NCBI GenBank assembly: GCA_023334545.1
Contig: JAADVB010000023.1
Location: forward strand, 59,671-123,670
Source: Salisapilia sapeloensis CBS 127946
Taxonomy: Eukaryota; Protista; Oomycota
Reading direction: 5' to 3'
Length of the DNA stretch: 64,000 nt
Part shown: positions 38,188-49,300 of the stretch, in pieces
Layout: each line of letters opens with the position of its first letter
Position numbering within the stretch: position 1 is the first letter of the stretch
Notes under the pieces: generated by a model
Databases searched by the model: none
The model's input: only the letters and a program-made list of their open reading frames with translations
What the model was told of the DNA's origin: nothing
Program-made: the position numbers and the translations under genes

Positions 38188-41001
38188 ATAGGAAAACAGA
38201 AATCGGTTTCTTCGCAGACGGCGAAGAAAATTATGTGTGGTCAAGAAAGAAAAGTACAGAATCAGATATACTTTTTGTTACATTTAGTGCTTGAGAATGA
38301 AGGCGTGGTGGTGGAAGCGACCGTCGCCGACACGGGCGGCAGTCGTCGAGTCCTCGCTCTGACTCCTCTTCCGTCGTAGGCTCTGTGGTTCTGTAACTGG
38401 TCCCTCCTTTCGCTTGTCTTCGCTGGAGCTTCGGGCAGTACGCGTCTTTGTCTTTGTCTTAGTCTGACTTTCGGCATGCTTGGGCACGTATTTGGTCGAG
38501 TTTGACTGAGGTACTTCCATGCAAAAGAATGCTAGTCTTTCGTTTGGTTGAAGTACGCGGTTCGAGGTAGCTTGGGAAATAAACGCTCTAGTTGCAGCTC
38601 GTTTGCATACGTAAAAGACGTGCGTCTACACTCCATCGTCTCAGCATTATTATCGTAAGTTTCGCGACAAAGAAAGTGACGTTGAAGCAGAATCTCCAAT
38701 CTTTGCTAGGCTACACTAAGGAAAGAAGCCATGCTTTACGGCCTCATAGGCAATTCGCCATATATGAAAAATTCATTTCCTAGGTAGCCAAACCCAAAGT
38801 GGTAACCTACTCTTCATTGTATCCTAGGAATGCATAGACGACACAGAATCCACCATCTTTGCTGGATTTTGAGCCTGCAGATTCCACCGAGTGGATACGG
38901 CATCCATGCAGTATGCCTACGCTCCAAAAGGAAGATCATGTACTCGACCTCGAGGAACATGCGTATGATGTAGTACACGCAAAATTTCTGACTTTGTTTG
39001 GAATGGTGCTTGGTGGTACTTGCCTTCGAAAGATTAATTTTCGTTTGCAGATGCATCATCCTGTCAGAAGCAACAACGGGTCGTCTGATCTAATGCAAGC
39101 AATCCACAAACACAGACTTCACAACCAGGTATCTTGTAGCATGCACACTCCCGCAGATTCTTCCAAAGTTGCTATTTGAAATACATTCAAGAGATAGATG
39201 TTCTTTCATGTTCCAACTCGATGTGTGCGCTATAAGGACTATGGACTGTCAGCACACGACCAGAATGATATTGCAAAGCCGAGAAGGATAAGCAACCTAT
39301 GAAATATCCATCTACGTTACACAGCAACTCGGACATTTAAAAGAAAAGAAATTGAAATGTATTGTTGAATATATATCAATAATGCTTCGAGCAATTTGCT
39401 GCTCTTCTCCACTTTCTACTTCACCAAATACGAGGTATCCTTCCACCCAACGAATTTCAAAATAATTTCCTAAGACATCCATCCAAGCCAGATTATTCAA
39501 AGCAAGGCATGGGCTGCGGGTCATAGGATGCTGATAAGGACAGCCTAATGAAGCCTTGCATGTGCATAGGCTAAGACTCTGCTCAGGGTGAACCACCATC
39601 GTTCTGCTTTGGCGCGTCGCTTTTGTTTCTTAAAAGCAGAGTGCGCATCTTTATCTTGAGTGACTTCGGTATCTTCGCGTTCATCTTCTGCCAGGAACGT
39701 CGTCTCCAGCTTCTTGTCACTGAGCCAGGCAGACTGTTCACGTTGCTGCTTTTCGATCTTGGCTTTCATGAAAAAATGATGGCGAGTTGGGTTGGCAAAC
39801 ATACTGGCGTGCATCGTGCTGAATAGTGTAGTTTAAGGCGACTTGTGCTGTTGGAAGCTGGTTGGAAAATGAAGCGTCCTGTGTATCTGTGGTCTATAGA
39901 ATGAACGCTCATCTTTGATAACAACAAAATGATTGTAACCCTCGTCCAGTCCACGTCAAGTGACTTGGCAGGTGTATATTGATTCAAGTGGATAATTTAA
40001 ATCTTCCGTGGTTCGACAGAATGTACGAGTGCAAAAGCTCCGGTCATAGAGTGGGTGTGTTGCCTCCTTTAGTCCTTGTGTAAGCGCTTGAAGCAAAGCA
40101 ACTTTCGTTAACTCGACATCCATTCCGTGGAGCAAGGAGCAGGGACCATCACTCACATGAGCACAAGCACTGTTCGTCACATCGTCACAGCTATGTCTGC
40201 CGCACGGAATGTATCCTGGAAGCTTCCCTGTGGGCAACTCTGCCATCGCTAATCAATCCAGCAGTGGACGGTGCGAAACGTACCAGACCAAGAAAATACT
40301 CTGATTACAATGTATGTGACCGAAGCATTTAAGCACGAGGATGAAAAGCCCTTGCCTCGGGATATCTTAGATCGATTCACTGACTACCGGTGGTAACTTG
40401 GAGTCCATTCCCAATTCGGACAGCCATTAACCAATCGACCTGCGGTCTACCGCGTATGACTAACGTAAAGATGAAGCCCCATACGTCCACTGTCAACAAC
40501 ACTCGCCAATAAGCGTTCCGAAAGACCAAAGACCAAAGGAGACTATACGAACGTCAGGATATTGCCCGAGACGAGAAGGCAGACGGACTGAAGACAGTAA
40601 AATGCCAATTTCACCATTAAAAGCTATGCCAAGAGCGATAAGAGAAGTTTAGGGAATATACCTGAGGCATGACATTTCTTCCTCGGCTGATGGCACGTCG
40701 TGAGGACCGCTCCTAGCTAGGATGCCGAAACGCATTTAATATATCAAACTATTGGATAAATGGAACCACTTCAACTGATCAATGTTTTTAAATGCGTCCG
40801 AGAAGAATGCGTACATCTCGACGTGGTGTTTAGATGGAAGAAGACTGGTATCCGACATGGCGCCAGATCCGATGATTTTCGCGCCTTCTTGACTGCATAC
40901 GATTGGCTCGGAATGCAACATTTTAATATTAATGTTTTGGGATTGGTCCCCGAGTTGAAATTTTCGCACAGCCTCCGACACCAAAGACGCCATTTATCGG
41001 A

Positions 41002-43284
41002 ATGCGTCGCCAGCACTATGCCAGCAGCAGCCATAGCAGACCATCCAGCAGCGGTGGTAGATACCCAACGTACAGTGACGAGAGCCGATATAGAAGCGTG
41101 CATGTAAGTAACACTGGCGGCTTCAATCTCTCTGCTAACGACTTTGACACGTCCAATGGGGTGCTGCAGCGTCGGCACAGTCCTCCATCCACTCCACATC
41201 GCCGACCAAGTGATAGTGCAATGCACAAAGAGCTTTCTTCACCTCGAGCCAAACGGCCTGCTCCGTCTGAAGAGCGGTCCGTCCAGATACGCACAGGCGG
41301 CCGAAAGTTAGCTCCGAAGCCACCGGGGAATCACTACGTGGCGCTAGGACGACAAACCAGCCACAACTCTCGCAAACGGTCAAAGAGTCGGTCGAGCGAG
41401 CGACCTGCGCCCCAACAGTTTACTCCTAATACTTCTAACGATATGTACTTGGGCGGAAAGCAGCGTCCGACGCCTGCGGATCGTGATCCATCCTCTGCGA
41501 CGCGAGTGGCAATACCCTCAGAGCGCGATTATTCAACTGGAAACCAGGCGCAGACACCTTCAGCTCGTAGTTATTCAGCTGGGAAGCAGACGCCGACACC
41601 TTCACATCGTAGTTATCAGACTGGAAATAATGTGCGTTCAGAGAAGAGAGAGCGTAGTCCAAGTGCAGCTAGGTCTAGATCTAGGTCGAAGAAAGAGACG
41701 AGAGGACGTAGTCTGAGTACAGGTAGGTCCGAGGCAACGAAAAAGACGATAGAGGAGGGAGACAAGTTCCGCACAGAGTTGGAGAAGGCCAAGGATGATC
41801 TGGAAAAGAGCCAAAAGGAGCTGGAGAAGCTCCAGATGCAGAAGAAGAAGATTGACGAGCAGATCCAGACGCAGCAGTATAAAGTCATGGACCACAGCGT
41901 CGTGGTGGAGTCGTTGGAGAAGCGTCAGAGGCTCCAGCAAGAGTTTTACGGCCAGCAGCGTGGCGGGGAAGAGCGACAGAAATCGTCCAAGCGTCGGCGC
42001 ATCGTAGACGAAGATGATGAGGAGGAAGAAGACGATGACGATGACGTCGTGATCATTGAGCCAGAGCAGGTAAAGCAGGAGCCAGCGAGAGACGCTCCAG
42101 ACAAGATTCCGGAAGCCTCTGTCGATCGCGAAGCGCAGACGAGTCGGTCCTGTGGTGGCAAGTCGTCTCCAGAGCTATTGTCCCAGTGGCGAGTAAACTA
42201 CTTTCCTGACAACATGCCTCGAAAGGCGCGTCTCCTGGCGTTTAACCCTGCCGTACCGGAACTCTTTACGACGGCATCGGACGATGGGGCCCTCAAGATC
42301 TGGAGATACGACTCGAAACGACAGAGTCTCGATGGCGTCGTTCAGTTGGACTCGTACGCCCTTCGGAATGAAGCGCCGTGCGCCGAAAGCATGTGCTGGA
42401 GTCCGGACGGCAACCGCATCGCTCTGGCCTTTCGAGATCCATTGGACAACAAGGGAGAGTTCTGCGTTGCCAGGCTGCACAACATGGAGCTCCGGAACTG
42501 CCAGCGTCCGCAGAAACTAGCAGAGGACCGACTCACGCGCATGCGGACGGGACTGCATCCTCGAGGCGTGACGGCCGTCCAGTGGCTGCCGGAAGGCTCT
42601 GGAGAGGCGCTGACGAGCAGGCGGTTGGTGACTGCCGGTCGCCACCACAGCATCATGATCTGGAACGTCCAGCAGTCCAGCATTGACAATGGAAGAAACC
42701 TCCATGTGCAGCACAAGAGCGAGGTGCGCAGTCTGTGCATCCACTCGGACCGGAGAAGAATGCTGAGTGGCGGTCTGGACGGCCTTGTGCTCTTGTGCGA
42801 CATGGAGCGTGGGGACGTGGAGACAGTGGTGGAGAAGCGGAAGCCGACGCTGTGCAAAATGAACGACGTGAGTGAGAACCCGATGGACCCGAATCTCGTC
42901 ATGGTCAGCAGCATCTCTGCGACGGAGCACAAGCTCTTGATGAAGGATTTGCGTGTGAGGGGAGAGGTGATGTCTCTCCTGGCTGGCACGCAAGGACTTA
43001 GTCAATATCTTGTGCCTCGATGGAGACCGAATGGGAACCACGTTGCGTGCGGAAACAAGCAAGGAGCAGTGAACGTGTGGGACATTCGGTGTGGAGATGG
43101 AGACGTGAGTCCCCACCAGACCCAGGCTATCCACAGTACGTGCTCTAGTATCTTTATTGAAGTGCATGCGACTGATATGTGTCTTGTAGATAAAAGCGTG
43201 CTGCATGCGAATTGGCACCCGACGGAGAATGCGCTGGTGACGGTGTCGTCGGACCGGAATTTAGGATTGTTAACATTTCGTTAG
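41002..43284 (+). CDS. WD40-repeat protein with Ser/Arg-rich N-terminus, coiled coil and acidic/basic patch; 2 exons
   Basis: C-terminal WD repeats include LFTTASDDGALKIWR, LVTAGRHHSIMIWN, LSGGLDGLVLLCD, VACGNKQGAVNVWD and LVTVSSDRNLGL. An in-frame 54-nt intron lies at 43136-43189 (GTACGT..TAG). Confidence 0.85.
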   Translation: MRRQHYASSSHSRPSSSGGRYPTYSDESRYRSVHVSNTGGFNLSANDFDTSNGVLQRRHSPPSTPHRRPSDSAMHKELSSPRAKRPAPSEERSVQIRTGGRKLAPKPPGNHYVALGRQTSHNSRKRSKSRSSERPAPQQFTPNTSNDMYLGGKQRPTPADRDPSSATRVAIPSERDYSTGNQAQTPSARSYSAGKQTPTPSHRSYQTGNNVRSEKRERSPSAARSRSRSKKETRGRSLSTGRSEATKKTIEEGDKFRTELEKAKDDLEKSQKELEKLQMQKKKIDEQIQTQQYKVMDHSVVVESLEKRQRLQQEFYGQQRGGEERQKSSKRRRIVDEDDEEEEDDDDDVVIIEPEQVKQEPARDAPDKIPEASVDREAQTSRSCGGKSSPELLSQWRVNYFPDNMPRKARLLAFNPAVPELFTTASDDGALKIWRYDSKRQSLDGVVQLDSYALRNEAPCAESMCWSPDGNRIALAFRDPLDNKGEFCVARLHNMELRNCQRPQKLAEDRLTRMRTGLHPRGVTAVQWLPEGSGEALTSRRLVTAGRHHSIMIWNVQQSSIDNGRNLHVQHKSEVRSLCIHSDRRRMLSGGLDGLVLLCDMERGDVETVVEKRKPTLCKMNDVSENPMDPNLVMVSSISATEHKLLMKDLRVRGEVMSLLAGTQGLSQYLVPRWRPNGNHVACGNKQGAVNVWDIRCGDGDVSPHQTQAIHSTCSSIFIEVHATDMCLVDKSVLHANWHPTENALVTVSSDRNLGLLTFR

Positions 43285-43881
43285 GAATAGATGGTGGAGA
43301 GTTTACTTTGCATGTCGTTCGGTTCGCAATGGGGATCTGGAGCTCATACGCCATTAGTGGAAGGTCTTTCGAATGGAAGGAGACGTAGATGAAGCAGCTC
43401 TAGTGGAAGTGCTACGTTGGGCATCGTCGGAGGAGATTGCCGGCTACGTGTCAATCTCGTGGAAACTTGGGTTGGCATTTGCTTTATGCTTTTATAAAAT
43501 CGAAGGACTAAGATGGTCAGAGGACCGCTGGCCATTAAGAGTAGTGGGCTGTTGATCAATTTGCTATTTATATTCGTGGAGCAGGACAGGAGAGACACTT
43601 GAAACGAGAAGACGAGCGTGTCCATTGTCACTGCCCTTTCAGGATCGAATCGAACGTCGACAAGATGGGACAAGACCACCGTCTCAGAAAATAGGGTCCG
43701 TGGAAGAAAGCGTGCACTTTTGTGCGCGCCTAGTAAAGTGGGTCGCGTGTGGTCGCATCGTACGCACGTTGGGAGCAATACCAGCCAGAAGGCGTCGACG
43801 AGGGAGCTGGCCATGGCCAAGTAGGAATTTAATCTACTCTTGCATATCTTTAGTCGTCCATTCTAATTCTCCCAACTGGAT

Positions 43882-46212
43882 ATGGCCAATAGGGACAACG
43901 GACGAACGACTCCCGGAGGTTCCCACGCCAAGCCGGAGGAGGACGTGGCACTGCCTCCAGGATGGAAAAAGCGTGAGAGCAAGTCCCAGAAGGGCAAGTA
44001 CTATTTTATATCGCCCAGTGGAAAGACCCAGTGGGCGCCTCCATCCGTCAAGCGCAAGAAGAGTAAGTCGAGCCTTGTGCATGTTGAAACCGGTTTACTA
44101 ATATCTTGTCGTGGCCATTGTAGGCAACCAGACTTTTTCGTGGGTGCATTCCGTCGAGATCGAGTTCAGCGAGAAGCGTCTCGGTGTCAGTCTGCGAGAG
44201 GTGAAGCAGTCGCAGGAGACGCCATACCCTCTCTTCCAGGCAGAGGTGGATGACCTGCCCAAGGTCGGTGGAAAACCAGGTCCGGCAGAGCTTCACAATT
44301 GGAGCGTCAAGCCCCATCAGTACGTACTTGCCGGATATATGCTAGTTTATACGATGCTTATAAGGGTGGTAGACGACTGACGGTCGGAATGCGACTGGTG
44401 TCTCTGGATGGTGTCCAGCTGGCAGGAGACAGCTACGCCATGGTCGTGGAGAAGATCAAGAGTGCTTCGAGACCTCTCAAGATTGTCTTCGCCAACGCCA
44501 GTCGGGGCACATACGAAGATAATCCGGACGCTGTGCCTCCAGAGGAAGGAGATTTCCAGTCGTCGGACTTTAACTCCCACTCGTCGCTACGGTTCGACCC
44601 TGCCACGAAAGCCAAGCGAGACCTCGTGACTGTACTCGTGTCGGACGATTTAAGATCAGAGTTGTGGAAGATGGAGATGCGAAAGCTCCTTCGGCAGATT
44701 GGCCAGCGGCAGCAAAAGTACGCGGTCGTGTCGAAAGCGTACAACAGATTGAACAAGGACAGACTGGACTTGCGGAAGGAGAACGACAGGCTGCTGGTGG
44801 AGAAGCGCCAGTTTGAGCACACGATCCAACAGCTCAAGGAGCAGGAAAAGGAGGGCGACAACCCAGAGCTGAAGCGGGCGGACGAGCTGGGGAAGCGCAA
44901 TACAGAGCTCAAGGACGACATCTCCAAGATGACGAGCGGAAATAAGAGTCTGCAGAAGAAGCAGGAGGGTCTGGAGAAACAGTTGCAGGAGCTGCAGGCG
45001 CAGGTGGACGAGAAGATGGCGAGTGCAGAGGAAGACAGGAACGCAGACGACGAGTTCTTTGCGCTGGACCCCAAGATGACTCCCAAGAAGCAGTTGCACG
45101 CGATGAAGCGTAGGCGGAGGTTCATGGAAGACGAGCTGGCCAAGGAGCAAAAGAGGACGAGCAGAGTGCTAAAGGAGATGGAGCAGCTGAACAAGCACTT
45201 GTCCAATATGGACAAGGGCACGGACGGCAAGGCCGAGGAAGAGGAAGAGAACAAGAGCGAGAGCGTGGAAGAAAAGAAGGAAGGCAAGGCGGACAAGCCG
45301 GAGCAGTCTGCTAAGAAAGAGAAGCCAAAGACCAAGACCGAGGAACTGGAAGCCAAGATCCAGGAGCTGAGGCAGAGACAGAGAAAGGTAGTGGAGACGC
45401 TGAGTAAGGCAGCGCAGAACGGAGACCAGGCGCTGGCTCAGGACTGTCAGAAGAAGCGACATGCCATTAAGGAAGAGCTTCGGAACGCACAGGACGAACT
45501 GAACAACCTGAAGGGAGGAAAGGTCTCGTCGAGTAGCAGGCCAGCACCGAAGAAGGAAAAGCCCTCTTCTCAACCATCACCGTCGTCATCAGCGGTGGAG
45601 GCAAGCCCTAAACGGCCCCAGATGGCGTCGCCGAAGATGCGGAAGATGAGTTCCGTGAACGAGGCAGACGATCTAAATGTGGATCGGATGCCGACGCTGA
45701 CAGGGTTCTTGGAAAAGGGTCCGACTGAGTGGAGCAGCAAGAATCTCATTGGCAACATGAAGAAGATGAGAGGAGCTCGAGAGCGGTGGTGCGAAGTCAC
45801 GAGCGACGGGTACTTGAGGTACTACAAGCGCCGAGGAGACGCCGAGATTCGAGGAGAGATTGAACTGAACGACCCGAGCCTCGAGGTCGTGTGTCCCGAC
45901 GAGCGCAGGGGCACCGAGTTCATTCTTTCCACCAGCACGCAGCAGTCCCACTTTTTCACCAAGAACCCGCAGGAGCTGGCGCGGTGGGTCAAGACGCTGC
46001 GGAGTGCGCACCGGTACTTGATGCAGCAGCGAAAGAAGAAGGCCGGGACAAAAACAACAGAAGCGTTGAAGCGAAACACGAGCGGACCAAAGGAACAAGA
46101 ACAGGGCGCGTGGAAAAGTAAAGTGGAGTTCACAATGGATTCAGGCGAGGTGGACGACTTTGATGTACCGGAAGACGAGTCCATGTACGGTCGCGCGACG
46201 CTCGGATTTTAG
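43882..46212 (+). CDS. WW + PDZ-like + coiled-coil + PH domain scaffold protein; 3 exons
   Basis: Introns at 44063-44123 and 44320-44372 join three ORF-track fragments in frame. WW: LPPGWKKRES..YYFISPSGKTQWAPP. PDZ-like: RLGVSL..VGMRLVSLDG..VVEKIKSASRPLKIVF. PH: LTGFLEKG..RERWCEV..LRYYK..ELARWVKTLR. Confidence 0.85.
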
Positions 46213-46317
46213 TTTTTCTCGTAGATGTCTTTTCATTAACACCCTTTGTCTTACTTGGCAGTCCGTCCTAAGGAGGCAAGAAATTGGATTTGAATTTTCG
46301 TTTTCATTTCATGAAAT

Positions 46318-49300
46318 CTACAGCACAAAGTACTTACTCCGCTGCTCTTCGTCATTCGCAGGAGGAGTCGGCGTCGCACGAGCCACCTCCTGAGCACCAG
46401 GGAAGTAGCTCTGGCCGCCCTCCACTGCGTTTAACATACTCGAGTTGTCCTGCGACCTGCCTGTACTCGTGTACCCGTCCTCGCCATTGTGGCTGCTCGC
46501 CTTGCGGCTGCGACTCGATAGACGGTTGCCGTAGCGGTATCTCTGTGCAGCGCCTCTCGACGTCGGGTGCGTATCCGAGGCTTCGTTCACCACTCGATGA
46601 CTCAGCTTCTTGGTGAACTGCTGCAGCGCCAGCTGGCTGTCCTCCGACTTGGGCAGAGCTTCATCCGCCACCGAGTTGGTGCGCTCAACCGCCGGCGCGC
46701 CGATCTGCGCCGTCTTCGGTTCATGGCGCTTGCTCATGGCTAGCGGAGCGTCCTCTTCGTCGTCGGAAGACTCCTTCTGGTAGACCATCTCGTAGAAGAG
46801 GCCTCCTTTCTGGACCAACTGGTTATACTGGCCTTCCTCCGCGACGCGACCGTTGCTCAAGACGAGTATCTGGTCGGCGTTCAGCGCAGTAGACAGTCGG
46901 TGCGTGACACTGATGATCGTCATGTTCATCTTGCGACTCAGACGCTCCAGCGTGGCGACAATCGACGCCTCCGTCTCTGGATCCAAGGCACTTGTGGCTT
47001 CGTCAAGTAGCAACAGACTAGGTCGGCGACAGAGCGCCCGGGCGAGACAGACACGCTGCGCCTGACCTCCACTGAGACTGCAGGTGGCGTGTTGGCCGAT
47101 GACCGTCTCGAAGCCGTCCTTGAGGTCGTTGATAAAGGAGCACTCGGCCAATCGGGCAGCCTCTTCGCACTCAATGTTCGTGGCAGACAAATTGCCGTAT
47201 CGGATGTTGTCGTAAATAGTTCCGTTCAAGATACCTCCGTCCTGGAACACTACGGCCGTCTGGTCCATGAAGCTCGTCTTACTAAAGTTGAAGATGTCGT
47301 GACCGTCCAGTCGGATGCAGCCACCGTCGGCCTCCTCGAACTGCATCAAGCAAGCCAGAAGGGTACTTTTACCACATCCGGACGGACCGACGATGCACGT
47401 GTAGTTGCCTCGAGGGATGTTGGCAGACAATTCATTCAAAACGTAGTGATCGGACGTCTTGTCGTACTGGAACACGAGACGTTCGATACTCAAATGCTGC
47501 TGCATCTTGGGCAGGTCCGGCAGGTTCTTGTCTCCGTCGTCGTCGCCAGGCTGGTTCGTCAGTCCAACGATGATGTCATCAATACGCTGGAGACTGCTGG
47601 CGTTACCGATGGCAACACGCATGAAACCTCCAAGCACCGTGACGGGACTCGACACTCGGTTGAGAAGCGTGACGAAGCCAAAGAAGTTGCCACTGGAAAT
47701 CTCTCCCCGCCACACCTTCATCGCAAGAGAGGCCGTCATGATAGCTGTGAAGATGTACATAGCACTCTCAACGTAGATCTGGACGATGCTCGACCAGAAG
47801 TCCTTGCTGAACTGGTTCTTACGCAAAATGCTGCACGTTCGCTTGAAGCGCGTCATCAGAGGCTCCTGGATGGCGTAGGCACGCACGACCTTCTGACAGC
47901 CAATTGAGTTCTGGAACTCGGCCGCCACGTACGCGTTCTTGGATCCAAACTCTTTCGAGCGCTGGGCGGCGAAACCCTGCGGACCAGACGACAGGAGCAC
48001 AGCTGAGAAGGCAAAGGCCATGAGACCGATGCTGTAGTCCATGTATAGTGCGTATCCGAAACCAAAGATGACAGACACGAGGGGGTTAATTAAGTTCCAG
48101 AACACGGCTTGCCACAGAGCGTTGACACGAGCAACATCACTAGAGAACAAGTTGTTCAGGTCTCCCTCCGATCGCTCGGCAAAGAAAGACGTGCCTTGGT
48201 GGAGAATGATGTCCAGCAGCTTGCTCTGCATCCGCTCGGTCGCCTTACTGATCATTTTGGACTGGAAGTAGCCAATAGCATAGTTGCCGAGCACGAACGG
48301 CACACACAGTCCCAAGATGCCCAGGATGCCCATCTTGAGCATGCCCTCATCATGCTCCTTTTCCTCGAGCGTGTTGAAGGCCATCGTGATGGTGTCCATA
48401 AAGTATGACATAGCAGGGTTGATGGCTGCATTTACGCAGACGACGAGGAAGCAGAAGATCAGGTCGGCCGTCTGGTTGGACCAGTGCGACAGCGTCGATC
48501 GGACCACGTCGAAGATGCCGTACGCCATGTTGGACGCAGACGCATCGATATCACGCAAGTGGGCCAAGAACTCTGTCGCTGACAGCGTGTTCGGTCGGTA
48601 CTGGAGCGCCCTTTCGAGGAACATCATGAGCTCATCTCTCGTCATGTCACCTTCGTCTCGTCCACAGATAATGACAAGATCCGTCTCCATCATCTCGATC
48701 GCCAAGGCAGAGATGCCAGGAATACGAGTGAGCGACGAACGCAAGGACTCGATCGATACTCGGAAGTGGTCACCGTTCGCACGAAACTTGTGAAGCTTCT
48801 TGGAGAAAATTCGAGCGCGAGGTTTGAGGATGAGTCGGCAAGCCACGACGCACAGGTATACGAGGGAGAAGCAGTAGTCGAATGAGACTTTGTCCTTGTG
48901 TCCGTCCTCGTCTTCGTCCGTCGCCATCGTCAGGTGCTTGTCTCCGATAGCGTATCGGCAGCCGAGGACGGCGACGAGGATCAAGAGACATAGGAGATCT
49001 GCGATATTTGAGTGGGACCGGAAGAGAGCACCTCGCATGCCGAGCACACGTATGCACATGTCGACGAAGTAGCATAGCATGAGTCCGCTGCTGAAGTATC
49101 TGGATCCCTTTGCGGCAAACTCGTTAAAGTAGTCTTCCTTGGGGGAGAAGGAAACGGAGAGTAGCTGTATGAAAAAGTCGAGGAAGAGCGCAAAGGTTTC
49201 GCTGTAGTGCCATTTTCGGGAGTCGATGACGCGGAGATAGAAGAGTCGGTGGCCCTTGCCTGGGACAGCCGCGGAGCTCTTGATGGTGCGCGGGTCGGAG

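Noticed and set aside
40315-40674. TGTGAC...ATGACA segment as a solo LTR
   Set aside because: No TSD and no second copy in the window.
43136-43189. 18-aa 'insertion' in the last WD repeat of the 760-aa ORF
   Set aside because: It is an in-frame 54-nt GT..AG intron read through by the ORF track.
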